Shown here: positions 48,400 to 60,237 of the stretch, in pieces
Layout: each line of letters begins with the position of its first letter
Numbering within the stretch: the first letter of the stretch is position 1
From: Acanthaster planci
Lineage: Eukaryota
Reading direction: 5' to 3'
Assembly (NCBI RefSeq): GCF_001949145.1
Contig: NW_019091359.1
Coordinates: 640,997 to 703,398, forward strand
DNA: 62,402 nucleotides
The notes under the pieces: generated by a model
What the model saw: only the letters and a program-made list of their open reading frames with translations
Databases searched by the model: none
What the model was told of the DNA's origin: nothing
Made by a program: the position numbers and the translations under genes

Positions 48400-49007
48400 T
48401 ATGTACCAACAGCGAACTCTTCTTGCGAGCTGTTTCAGTCAGCAGCCTGACTTTGGCAGACAACGGTCCATGGTGACAAAGTCTAAAATGATTGTCTGCG
48501 GGTATTTCCGACGTATTAATACAGTGTCCGCTCAAACCTCGGGAACCGGGTTTTTGTTCTCTTTCTGCGGGGCGTTGGCTTGAGATGACTGGCCTCCGCA
48601 AACAGCCTGGGAAGATCGTACGACTCTTCTTCGGCTGGTTCCTCACGCAGGTGTACATTTAACTCGGCGTCCTTGTCAGGATCCAGCGCAGACTGTTTTC
48701 TAGGAGATGCGAGCGGCATGCGTTCCAGCTGGGGTGGTTGCCCGTCGTTTTCTTTTTTCTTTGTTTCAAGCGTCGTGGTCAGGGGCGCTGTCCTCTGTTT
48801 ATTTAAGTTCATGTAGCGGTGCAGCGTCTGGTGGTACAGCTGGGTTTTGTCGTCGTCCGAGAGATTTTGTCTATAGAGGAGCTCTCTCATATCAGTGTCC
48901 AAGCCATGCACTACTCGTGTGGTAGGGGTCTGCTCCAATCTTCTGGCCGACTGTAACTTCGCAAGGGTTTCTAGCGGGACGAGAACCATTTTCTTGACGT
49001 GCTCCGT
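48400..49007 (-). pseudogene. Conserved Polinton hypothetical gene
   Basis: KKMVLVP...LDTDMRELL..NLSDDDKTQLYHQTLHRY motif typical of the gene upstream of Polinton integrase. Confidence 0.65.
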
Positions 49008-49009
49008 GT

Positions 49010-49304
49010 TTACTTGAACAGTAACCCGCCCAAAGCGCTCAGAACCGGGGTGAGTAAGGCTCTGAGGAACCTGCCCTTTTGGCGCAAGATTTTCTTTTTT
49101 TTTCGGCGCTCCGATCTTTCTGTCACTGAGAATTCGTAGGTGACTTTTTTTTTCCGCCGGCTTAAGTCGAATGTTCAGAGCGCACTCGCATAAACAGAGG
49201 AACAGTTCCCTATTGGCCCCTTAGATAATGCCCTGTCGCTGCTTGTCACTACCCCGGGCCAACACGTGGAGGTAAGGAGCGTTGTGACGCACGCGCCTCG
49301 ACAT
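49010..49304 (-). pseudogene. Conserved small Polinton gene downstream of the ATPase
   Basis: LCECALNI...QKGRFLRALLTPVLSALGGLLFK* (QxGxF plus amphipathic helix). Confidence 0.7.
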
Positions 49305-49340
49305 CTTCGAATGAGCACGGTCGTTTTAAAACGCCCGCAT

Positions 49341-49945
49341 TTATACCTTTGGCACGTAAACGACGGAATATCCGCCCGGCAGAATATTAGACCTGAGTCT
49401 CATGGTCTCATCCGGTTTCAGGTCGACGAAGAGGTAGCCATCATGTATTTCACCCTCGTCAGGTACATCTGCCTCGCCAAGTGGTTGATTTGCGAGGCAT
49501 CTCTTGGGTTTTTGAAGAGAATCACGTAATGTGCGTTCAAACTGATGGTGCGCATTTCTTTGCCCTTGTAAAACAGGTTCTGCAGAATAAGGACGACGGA
49601 CAGGTTTCGGTGGTGACTCCCTTTAGTGAACAGTTCAGTAACCTTGGCACTGTTACCGCTTTCGGACATGAGGTCATCTATCACAACCAGATTTTTCTGC
49701 TCCCGATCGAGGGTCTTAAGTAAGTCGTCAGGATAGCCCTCCACAAATCGTATCTAAGGCACCAGACTAGCCAGATGGTCGTAAGCATATTGGTATTCCC
49801 CTTAGCACCAAACGATGTTCTCCGGGGGTGGCTCGATGAGTGTATGTCCTTTGGCAAGAATCAAGCGCTTCACGAACTGGGTTTTCCCGCTTCCAGTGGG
49901 ACCCGCTATCACAGCGGCGAAGGGGTGCCTCAGTCGCGCGTCCAT
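49341..49945 (-). pseudogene. Polinton A32/FtsK-like packaging ATPase
   Basis: HPF..IAGPTGSGKT (Walker A), VVIDDLM (Walker B), LFTKGSHHRNLSVVLILQNLF, RTISLNAHY..FKNPRD. Confidence 0.93.
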
Positions 49946-49998
49946 CGGGCAAAATGGACCCGCGCGTGCGGACAGGCGAATTTATAGAGTTTGGCCGG

Positions 49999-52900
49999 TC
50001 ATATGTCCAGGTAGGTGGTGGAAACGCCATCGTCCGCTACCTTTCTTCTCAGGTAGAGGTAAGTAAACGCCCTCTTGACCTGCTCAAAGGTGTACATGGA
50101 ACCGTCCTGCCTCATTCTAAACCCGCGGTTGACGCCTTTGCCCACCACCTGCGTATCCAACGTTTCGAGGTATTTCCGTTTGGTGATGTTATTTGAAGCT
50201 TTATTGAGACCCTTGAAGCTTATCTTGTCTTTGGCACCGAAGCAATAATAGGTTTTGCCGCACAGGGCCACGATTCCGTCTCCTTCCCATTCGACTTTGA
50301 AGATCCCAGGCGTTCTCTTGTCGTAGGTGGGATGGGCGGGAGTATCATCGCGTGGAAACCAGTCCAATTTTTCTCGCTGGTACTCTGCTCGCATGTTTGG
50401 TTTCACGACATTATCGAGGCACTTACTAGATATGGTCAAGTAAGCCGAATCCGTATCCATCTCGCATAGATGGAAGTCTGCGGTGTCGACGAATTTCAAG
50501 AGGAAGTTGAAGTAGAGTTCAGTTCCAACTCGTACAGACTGTCGTCTAGCTGATGTATCGCTCTAAAGTGCGGGCTGTTGATAAGTCGCACCGCTTCATC
50601 GTCGTTGCCGCATATCCGCATACCCGATGCTTTTCGTGGTTCGTCACGGTCTTTGCATAGGCGGAGTTTCCCAACAGTTTCATCGTGTCGGCGATGATGG
50701 CCTTCGCTGGGTCGGCATCCCCGTCCCGCCTGGCGTCGCTGACGGCCTCGCCAAACGGTCGAAAACACGGATATGATCTATATTGAATCAGCTGATAGAC
50801 GCGGGTAACTCGGAGTCCATGCTGGAGATACCATTTAAGCAGAGGGGTAGCCAGTAACAGCTGCTTACCGAACATGCTCCCGATGAGGCTGCGGCGAGGA
50901 TTTTTCATAAGTCCCTCCCTCTCCGCGTATTGGCGCATGTGCTCTCCGACGTTCTTAAAAATGGGAGGCATTTCAGCAAACCTGTCTCGGAATTGATCGG
51001 GAACCTCGATGTCGCATTCAACTAGTCCGAACAGTTCGCCGTTGACCACTCCCTCCATGATGCGATTCTGGTCAGGCTCTTCTTCTGTAAAGGTAGCCGT
51101 ACGGTTTGGACAAACTCTGCCGCGTCACAATTTGTCGACAACACCTCCAGCCAGGCGCATTCCCATATCTCCACCAATCTGTGGCCCCGAGAACGGATAT
51201 ACTCCAACTTTTTTCGGTCTGCTCCCGAAGTTCGTCAAGCGACTTCTTCCTGACGTCATTGGTTTCTGGCGGGTTCAAGTGGCACCGTTGACCGTGCCAG
51301 AAACACCCGTGAAACTGATAAACGGTATTGGTGTCTTTGCAAAATCCATCCACGGGAATGCGTCTGGGACCGATGCGCTTTTCGCCACGGTTAAGCTGGT
51401 GGCGGATGAAGATGCCCTCGGTTCGCGCCGTCCATTCCAGCCACTCCGATGCTCTCACCGAGACCTTATGGCTCGGAACTGACCTGAACCCGTCCTCCTC
51501 CCTTCTACGGAGAAAAGTTCCTACCGGCATGGGTTGCATCAGGAACCACAAGTAGAGGGCAATGGCGTCAAAGCCGACGATACTGGCGCAGGTCTTGGGG
51601 CCGTCGCGGATCAGAGTCTTGCCTTTTTCGTGGTACCTGTGGAATACGATAGACGGACCACCCACGATGTTTTGCTTCAAGAGATAATACAGGTTCTTGT
51701 TCTCCCAGTCAATGAGGGAGAAGCTGATGTCTCGCGATAACGTCAGGAACAGGTAGTTCAGGGACAGGCCGGGCACTAATATCGCGCATTTTAATGTGTC
51801 CATTCCCCGCGCCCTGTAGAAGGCAAACATCCTTTGCACAGCCTCAAGGAACGGGGTGACGTCCAGATTATTGTACCACACCAGTAAGTCGCGCAACGTC
51901 TTCATGCCGCGATCTCGCCAGCAGTGTTGGCAGTGCCCGTACTCCTCATCAGAAATATTGGCCCCTTTTAACGTGCTGAAGAAGGCATCGTGCGGTGGGA
52001 GCTGCGTTTCGTTCAGTTTGTCCAGGCTGGTCATATTCGTAGGGAAAGAAACGTTTGGTGTGAGAGCAGTCGTACGCCTTTAAGAACTTGTCGTAGGAAT
52101 AGCCGGGGCCAAATAGTTGGAAATGTCCAGGAATTTCAATTTCCGCGTTTTCAGGCACATGTAAGATCCAGCCCGCTTGGTTGTCATTCAGATCTTGTCA
52201 TCGGCAGCCAGTAACTATCTGTGCAGGTGTTTCGTTATGACGTTGATGACATACTTCCTGGAGTTGTATCCGATGACGGGAATTTCGCTCTGGTAGTCGT
52301 CCAACTCCTGGCGCAGATTCTCCAAGTAGCCTATCATGGGAAGGGCCTCGTCGTCGAGGTAGTATTCATCTTCTAGATCGTGGATGCGAGTAAATACACC
52401 CTCAAACAGGTACAACATGCGACCATAGGCCTCGTCACCGATCTGGTACAGGTAGTCCAGCATGTTCTTTACGAGTTTGGCCGGATCGCCATCCGTCACG
52501 AAGCATTTTGCGTCTTCGAAACGTGAATGTTGCTGGCTACACTAACGCTGAGCAGTTCGTGGCGGTCGCACCAGGTGACCTTTCCGTCGCGATCTCTGTC
52601 TCAAGGCAACTGTTTGAAATAACTCGTAATCGAAGGTGGCGTGGTAGGGAAAAATTCAGATCGTCCTCGATGTCAATACCCACTTCTGCCGGTTTGTCAA
52701 AGACCGACTCGTGCAGGGCGTAAACACCGCCCGGAAATTGTGCCTTACATTGGCATCACACGTGGGCTCGTGGCGTTGGAGGTTGAACGATTTGGTAAAC
52801 CCATCCTACATTACCGACACTCGAACAGACGGCTATACGCGTTCACATCGGCGATGTATGAGAAGTGGTTAAAGTACAGGTTTACGCGTAGTGTGGTCGG

Positions 52901-53567
52901 GTACCTCTGAAATGAACGGCGCACTAACTTCACCTTGGCACCTTGGTTCGCGGGTGGCTCCGTTGTCGGCAGAGAGAGGCTGTACACCTGGAGGTTTACC
53001 TCGAACAGGTCTTCCGCCGTTGCCAGATCGTCCAACGTCACGCCCTCAGTGATTCGTCGTTGCATCTCCCCCTCGAAACGTTTCACCAACCGTTTCGTCG
53101 GTGTTGCTAGCGCATCCAGAGGCGCTCAACGGTGGCGACCGAGACATCGGAAGAAACACAAGTACTCCGTGTACCTCCCCCCGCAATGGGCGTTGTGCGT
53201 GAGACTGTTGAGGCCGGGGTTGTTACGAACGTAATGAGGTAGGGGTCGGGGCCCGATGTAAAATTGCGGCATTTTGTTTACGTAAATGGCCGCGTTAGTC
53301 AGCGTTACCACGGTCCATTTGGTATCCAGTCTCTGCTGCTGCAGGTACTCCAAAACGTCCGTGTCTTCCAGACGGCGCACCAATCCGTCGGCATCGTCTC
53401 GGTTGGCGACGGTGACTGCGGCGAGATGGATGAAAATACCGCAAATCTCCCGTTTCCACGTGGCGCAAGATGAACCCGAAAGAAATGTTCACTTTAACCC
53501 GACACGTCAGTCTCTGAAGAATACTGCGCACGATACAGCGGTAGGATGTCTCTGGCCGATTCATTCG
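49999..53567 (-). pseudogene. Polinton P3 protein-primed DNA polymerase B with Vsr-like nuclease insert
   Basis: PVIGYNS, YSYDKFLKAY, FFPYEY, LPPHDAFFS, YNNLDV, IVGGPSIVFHR, GFDAIALY, VDGF..VYQFHGCFWHG, KLLGNSAYAKT, MDTDSAY, RTPGIFKVEW, NRGFR, DDGVSTTYLDI*. Confidence 0.93.
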
Positions 53568-53855
53568 NNNNNNNNNNNNNNNNNNNNNNNNNNNNNNNNN
53601 NNNNNNNNNNNNNNNNNNNNNNNNNNNNNNNNNNNNNNNNNNNNNNNNNNNNNNNNNNNNNNNNNNNNGCAACTGCGCTGATGCTGTAGATACAAAAATG
53701 GTACGGCGGAGTAAGTCATCACGTCACCAACCTTAGACACGCCATGGGGAGGGAGGGGAAAAACAAACAAAAAACAACAACAAAAACGAACAAACGAAAC
53801 CAAACAAACAAAACACAAGTGCAAAAGTTAGCTATGACACCCACTTGGTACTCAC

Positions 53856-54011
53856 TGTATTAAGAATCTCGTCCGCGATTTTCTGAATCTCCTCCAATTC
53901 GCTGTTAGTGTAGTTGGGCCTCTTCCACGGTTGAGCCGGCGTGTCTGTCATTCTCATGATCTGTTCTATCTCGCTGTCGGTGTAGTCGAGACTCTTCCAT
54001 GGCTGCGACAT
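53856..54011 (-). CDS. Putative first coding exon of a P3 gene (probably polB), 52 aa with an internal peptide repeat
   Basis: AAAATG start; MSQPWKSLDYTDSEIEQI..AQPWKRPNYTNSELEEI; ends at ACA|GTGAGT; candidate acceptor TTTTTGTATCTACAG at 53684. Confidence 0.5.
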
Positions 54012-54122
54012 TTTCGAAGTTACGTTTGAGTTAGGTTTACGTTTAATCGATTATTTACTTATGTATTTATTTTTCAGACACTGAGTTGGCGTGTGATATC
54101 CCCTTTGCACGATCGCAAGTGC

Positions 54123-54130
54123 TTATATAG
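54123..54130 (-). promoter_or_regulatory. Candidate TATA box (CTATATAA) upstream of the putative P3 first exon
   Basis: About 112 bp upstream of the ATG at 54011 on the - strand. Confidence 0.35.
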
Positions 54131-55049
54131 GGGTGAGCACAGCACGCTGCACACGTACATACATGTGTTTATGTATTGGATAGTGTAAATTATGATTGCG
54201 GGTATTAGAAATCCATGATGAAGGCAAAGTTTGTTATTTTTTTCATTTCTCTAACCAAGAAGGACTTTCACCTCCGTCCGGATGTATTGCCGCCCTCTAT
54301 CGATTAGGATTATTACTTATCTTGTACTTGTTAGTTTTAATTTCCTCGTTTTATGAATATTTTAATTTAATGTTTATTTTTTATTGCTTAATTTTTAATT
54401 TTGTTTTATAACTCCTTTTACTTTGTTTTAGTAATTTACAGTTAATTTAGTTTTTGCAGCGCTTTGAGATGTCATTGACATGGAAAGCGTTTTTAAATAA
54501 TTCATTGTTATTAATATTTTTATCGCTCTCGCGTATGGGACAGCGACCACGGATGCGGGTGGATGGCGCTGGGTATGGGTAGCATTAATGAGCTTCTATT
54601 GTCCGGGCGGACTGGGGTGCGCGCTGGCAGCGTTAATGAAGTCCAATTGTCTGGGCGGGCTTGGAAACGTCCCGGTAGTATTAATGAGGTTTTAATGTCA
54701 GGGTGGACGTTAGACAGATGCGGGAAGGCATTGCGTTATCATCGGTCGGACCATACACGCATGTACAAGATGTGGGTCAGTGCGGCTGCCCTTGCGACGG
54801 TCAGTTTTGGGCTTTGATTGAACGGGCGGAAGTGGCTCGATGCAGGTGCCCTTGAAATGGTCATTTTGTGAGGTTTTATTATCCGGAGGCATTGTCAAGG
54901 CTAGATCCCCCGGTTCAATGAAAGGTTCCCGGAAGACGTAAACAGCCCATCTCTTTGTACACGATAATCAATTTCTTATCAGGCAGCTGGCTAGGGCTTT
55001 AGTGGAAGATAAAGACGGTTAGATGTTCTAGCTAAAGTTTATTAACGAC

Positions 55050-55426
55050 AGCGTATTATGCACCACGTTATTAAGGTACGAGATTTAGGGTGAAGGGACA
55101 GTTTTGCTTAATGATAATGTATACGCTAAGCCAATTGACTGATTAACTATAAAGGAGGTTTCTGAGATTTGCTGTAAAAATAAACTACGATATCAAACGC
55201 TATATCGCCCGTTGACCGCTCAAAGAATTCAGTCGAGTTCCGGTTGGTTTTAGGCACCTCGTGTCGGTTCATCCTTTCCCCTGCTTGTACTCGCATCATG
55301 CGTTTCGACCCTTCCACCTGCCTCTTGCCGCGACCTACCCGCATCCGCCTCCAGCCTCTTGCCTTACTCCAAGGCCTCCCGCCTCACTGCCTCCCGCCTA
55401 AAACCACCTCATTTGGGGGTTGCATT
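55050..55426 (+). repeat. Inverted copy of 45300-45676 (Ngaro-type terminal region)
   Basis: Collinear reverse-complement match over ~377 bp with scattered substitutions. Confidence 0.92.
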
Positions 55427-55926
55427 TCTCCACTTAAGCTACTCCAGCATGACTTGCTACCGTATCTGGCGTTAAAACTTTTTGGAATTTGTTTGCCTGT
55501 TAGCAATACTTCTTTAAATCTACCATTGGTTTTATAAAACGGACCTCCACCCACTCTGTGTTCAAAATTTTCATAATCAGGTCTCGGTACATCAATTTGA
55601 CGGCAATTGTGAAAGATTTATAGAATTTGTCTACTGTGGGATTAGTTAAAAATGCTGTTCTTCCGCTCGTTCTAACGTTTCATCTCTGGGTTCTATCGTG
55701 TCTAGTTTTGACCCTCTACAAATGGCGTTTCTTGAACTTGAGTAGCTGGCGGTGTTAAAAAGTCATTCCATTCTAGGTCTTGATCATTATCTTCTTATTG
55801 TTCTCCTCCTCGATCCAACAGAGGTATTTCTCCCTGGTCAAATCCATTTTCTTCTATAATAAACAGTTTTTAACTACTGGGTAAGCTTTGGGGCAAGCTG
55901 GATGGCAATATGCCTTGCGCCACGAG

Positions 55927-56124
55927 CTAACCTTGTGTCATTAACGCGCCATTGGCGACGGCAGTCATTTTAGCCGCGTCCTCTACCGATAGCCGGTCCA
56001 AGTCGGGTGGTTTAATTTTAAGCAGTATTTTACCGAGCATGACATATCCCATTAAAATAACGGTAACTACAGCACTGTGATATACCGTCTTGGCAATCAC
56101 GTTTACGTCTAAAGCTTTACTCAT
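55927..56124 (-). CDS. Small hydrophobic Polinton-associated protein
   Basis: MSKALDVNVIAKTVYHSAVVTVILMGYVMLGKILLKIKPPDL; AT-rich upstream context and position within P4. Confidence 0.5.
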   Translation of the reverse strand: MSKALDVNVIAKTVYHSAVVTVILMGYVMLGKILLKIKPPDLDRLSVEDAAKMTAVANGALMTQG

Positions 56125-56131
56125 ATTTTAT

Positions 56132-57115
56132 TATAGTGGGATGTCTCTCTTGGGGTAGTGAGTCGTCATCATAAATAATAGGAGTCGTTGGACTGACTTA
56201 TACACACACAACTGTTTTATTCCGAAGAATTATTTACATCTTCTCCATATTTACAATAAGCAACTGCTACTAGTAAGGCTGAATATTATTCAAGTACTGC
56301 TCATCCAAATCTGAGCTATTTATTTGGGAGTGATAGAAAGGTTGTTCATATCGGAGCTATACACTCACGAACGGTCAGGGAATTATTTCTCCAAAGCTGC
56401 CAGCTCGGAAATGATCGATGCTGACCGTTGGAACTGGTCGCTTTATATAGACTTTTGGGCTGCGTCTTAGCCAATGGGAGCACTGGATTGGGGTGGTTAT
56501 GAATAATTCATACAAGTAGAAAGTCAATGGAAGAAAAGTCTATGGGGATTTTGTACACACTTGGTCTTCGCTGACTTTGGAAGCGGGAGGGTGAAAGGCT
56601 GTTCGTGGGTGAGCTACGGGGGACTTGGTCAACGAGGGAAAGGAAAGCGTGAACCTTTCTCGGTACATTTGGTAGTGTACAACAGTCTCTGGATGGCTAG
56701 GAAATCTACACGTAATTCTTACGGGGTAAAACTGAAGGTGAGCGGAGGTAATTGACCTCGCTGTGCCGTGACCGGACACAGGCTTTCGGTGTGTGGTTTG
56801 GCGGGACACATACGGTATGAGTTGGGGGTCTGTGTGGGTCGAATGTACGGGTTACATGTGCGATTGAAAGTAGGATCGACTCCAAGCATGGAGGAAGGAA
56901 TGACTAAGTTGGAAGTGTGCTTCGGAGTTGCGGTTCAAAGCATGTTGCAGCTTAGAGCAACGGGGTCGCGCGTGGAATGCAATGCGCTGCTATATAATCC
57001 GTATAATCTACGTGTAGATGGTCATTGCGCGCTCGCTGTGGGGTAAGTGGTGTGTGCAGTAGCGTGTACCCTCTAATCTACATGCATAAAGGGAACTGTT
57101 TGTGGGAGCGTAACA
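56132..57115 (-). mobile_element. Probable solo LTR (~1 kb) inserted in P4
   Basis: The - strand begins TGTTAC and ends CACTATA (CA decayed); contains ATTGG + TATATAAA and AATAAA in LTR order; flanks TTAT/ATAT approximate a 4-bp TSD. Confidence 0.5.
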
Positions 57116-57424
57116 ATATAGCGGGTTTTTAAATTTACTCCATGTCTAAAATTTCTTGCGCGGATGCGCTCGCTGTTGCATGGACGGGTACGGGTGGCGT
57201 TCGTGGTTCTGTACTGTTGGCGCGGGATTCTTCTTTAAAAACAACGCGAGGGCGATTCCGTCGATCAACAGTCCCCCTAAAATTACATGTCAGTGATCTG
57301 CGTAGATTTTGGTTTTTGTGAGGGATTCAAGCTAGGCAGGCTCACCGACTTTTAGAAGGGCGAGTTGATTTTCATTAGCTTATGTTCCGGTAAGCGCTTG
57401 CCTTGCTCGACTCTTCTGGGGTTC

Positions 57425-58004
57425 TTACTCTTGGTGACTTTCTACACGTGCGTCTTGACCGAACTCGATTGTAGAGTTGGTGGAATCTTGGGTTGTTCTG
57501 CTACCGTCTCTGTCGACATCTTTTACCCTATAAGAACTCTTGTTGATTGTTAAATTTTTGGTTGTTATGAGCGCTGCAACCAGAGGCGATAGGTAAGCGT
57601 CATATTTGTTGCAAATTTCACTTAAAAAGTGTCCCATCGTCTGACCATTAATGGGGTCGTCATTTAAGTCTTTGGTCAAGTCGTCTTCTAATTTTAAACC
57701 GACGTTGAACCCTAAAAGGTCGATAGGTGTGGCTATGCCTAAAAGTCAAGCATGTAGACTCGAAATCAAATTGCCCAAAGTTTTAACAATCTCTTTGCCG
57801 AATTTAATCGTACAGGTTGAATAATTTCTCTTGTTCAGCCAGAGTAAGCGCCTCTATGTTTTTGATATTGTAATCCTTGCCGAGATATTTTTTTTATTCC
57901 CCCAAAGCCACGACTGAACAAAGGCTGTCCTTAATGTTGGCTTTTGGTTCACAGGCTTGGGTGGATGCCGGTTTTGCGCTTAAAATTGATTTAATATCAT
58001 CCAT
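57425..58004 (-). pseudogene. Hypothetical Polinton P4 gene
   Basis: MDDIKSIL..KKYLGKDY..; DLNDDPI..ICNKYDAYLSPLVAALITTKNL; frameshifted. Confidence 0.5.
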
Positions 58005-58212
58005 TTTAATTTGGTTGAACGCTATTTTAGCACATAGGTACTCGTACGTGTAGTACGTTAAATTTAGGGCAATAACAAATTGAACAACTAGGTAAAGGTA
58101 TTCTAACTGTTATTATTTACAACAAATAAAAAAATGCTTGAACCAAGCTGCATTAGCCCAGTTCAAGCAATTTCAAACAAATAATAACTAGTTTATTTTA
58201 GTTATTCAGCTG

Positions 58213-58802
58213 CTATAAATCTGTTGATTTTTCAATCATGTCAAACTTTCTCATTTGATTGCACTTCAAGCAACAAAGAGCACAATTCCATTTAACGTGA
58301 TCGAACGAGTTGTCTAATCGTTCAATCGTGCCTAAATCAGATTTATATTTTGAAAATTGTAATTTAGTATTACAATCGCTGTAATAACAATACTCGTCGT
58401 TGTCTATTAATTCTTGCAAGAAATCTTTATCGATAAATTGCTTCTAATTATATCGATTGTTTTCTCTGTCGCTTTGGCGGTAGGTGTATAACCATTGGCA
58501 AATTGTAACTTTAATTGCATCACTGCAGCCTCTACAAATATTTCTTTGTTTTTTATGCTGGCATATGCCAGCGCCGTAACAGTCAATGCATTAGAATCTT
58601 AGTTTTTTATGTGGGCATGTACCAGATCCATCGCAATTGATGCACTTTGCCGCCTGTGTTCACATCTGTTTCTTTCTTGATATATCCTTACTTTTTCAAT
58701 ACAATCGTTACAAGTAATATTGTCTTTCCGTTTATCTGTACTTCAAAATTAGACGGGTCATTTCTTTTTTCACTTATTGCAAATCTGAGTTTCTTCGGCC
58801 AT
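58213..58802 (-). pseudogene. HNH-like endonuclease with N-terminal CxxC-G-x-G-x-CxH repeats
   Basis: KCINCDGSGTCPH, CIDCYGAGICQH, ICRGC; C-terminal CYYSDC..TIERLDNSFDHVKWNCALCCLKCN. Confidence 0.7.
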
Positions 58803-58831
58803 TGTTAATAGTAAATATTTTTTCACATTTT

Positions 58832-59449
58832 TTACATCAAAGAATAAGAGACAGGAAGTTCAGTCGCCAAAATAAGCTTGTTAAATTTAACGTCCCTCAA
58901 GTGCCTTTTGATTGCTTCTCTTTTTTCATCGGGAGCAACATTATTCTCATCCAGCGCTTGATCAAAAGAATTTTTATCTTTCGTGTAAAACAGGGCCACC
59001 CACGCGGTCTGCTCGCGATAGTCTTTCAGATTCGTGTTAAGTTTTTGACTTGACAACCAACAGCTGTGATTAAAGTGCTCCCACTGAAAGCCATCCTACT
59101 CAACATACAGGTGTTGCCTAACTTCGTCTTTTTCCTGTACTTTATGTGCGAAGAGCAATCGTCGATAATAACGTATTTACGCCATCAAATGCCTTTATAT
59201 ATAAGTCCAAGGCTTCGTTCAAGTTGAGTTTCTCTCGATCTAAATCGCATAAATAAACATTTTCATCGGTATGTATACCCACAGGCGGTCTAAGTACGTT
59301 ATGTTCTTGCTTAGAGTGGGGCAAATCATCACAATCGCCTCGAATGCGAACCTGTACTCCCGTTCCAATAAATCCAATATCCACTGGGTTTTGACACTCC
59401 CCGTTTCCCCAACGATTAAAGCGCAGTGCGGATTCTTATACATGCTCAT
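58832..59449 (-). pseudogene. Packaging ATPase of P4
   Basis: PHCALIVGETGSVKT (decayed Walker A), ICPTL..N.TY, QKLNTNLKDYREQTAWVALFYTKD. Confidence 0.8.
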
Positions 59450-59466
59450 TTTATCTTAAACGGGAT

Positions 59467-60178
59467 TTAATAAACTAAACTTTTAAAGTTGCCGTCTTCC
59501 ACGGTCACCTGTGCTCCATTATCAGAAACACGTACATGAAGAGCGGCCCCGCCTACTTCAGGTAGCCAGCCATGTCCACTCCGTTAGGTTTAAGTCTTTT
59601 ACAACCACTCGACCCAACTCTGTGTTCGAATTGCCAAAGAAGTTGAAAATTTCGTTCCAATATTGGTACTCAAACAATCCCTGCAAAAACAGTTGGTTGG
59701 GTTTACCCTCGACTGTTACACTGGTTTCTGTAATGTGCGGGTTGGAAAATCCTTGCGGGTTCTTTACAGCGGGATCTTTAAACAAAATGTTTATATTCCA
59801 CAGCGTATATGACTTGTTGACTTCTTGCTTTTCCGCGAGTGAATCCGCTCGAACAAATAGTATTCGTTGCCCCTGTGCTTGGCGCGCAACGATTGAGCCA
59901 AATCTCGGTTGGTCAGGACTTCGTATTCCAATGTTAGTTCCTAAATGGCATATTCTGCCGCAGTGTTTGTCGACTTGACCACCTTGTTGTGGTTGTTGAA
60001 GGTGAGTAGGTACGTTAGCGGTTCTTTTAAACCCGAGGGGTAAAAAGGACCGTGATCCGTCAGTAGTGGGACGTCTAATGGGATCGCGTACCTGTTTTTA
60101 AAAGCGTCGGCAATCGCCTTGTCTCTACCTTCATTAGTCACGTTGCTTTTGTCGGCTGCGTCCAGGCGGTATGGTTAG
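59467..60178 (-). pseudogene. Probable major capsid protein fragment of P4
   Basis: AIADAFKNRYAIPLD..HGPFYPSGL..LTYLLTFN; NPHITETSVTVEGKPNQLF; lies immediately upstream of the ATPase. Confidence 0.6.
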
Positions 60179-60237
60179 CTTTATTTTAACTTTAATTTTT
60201 AAAGCCTTAACTTAAAAAAAGCTTTAACTTAAAAAAC

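Larger units (their letters stand above)
45677..54140 (-). mobile_element. Polinton/Maverick (adintovirus-like) segment P3: near-complete gene cassette, pseudogenised, no native TIRs found
   Basis: Co-oriented polB, ATPase, two conserved small genes, integrase, minor capsid, core protein and major capsid in a typical Polinton order. Confidence 0.93.

Noticed and set aside
45300..55426. Inverted repeats as native Polinton TIRs
   Set aside because: The left copy truncates the capsid gene and is continuous with Ngaro gag/RT; no Polinton-type termini or 6-bp TSD seen.
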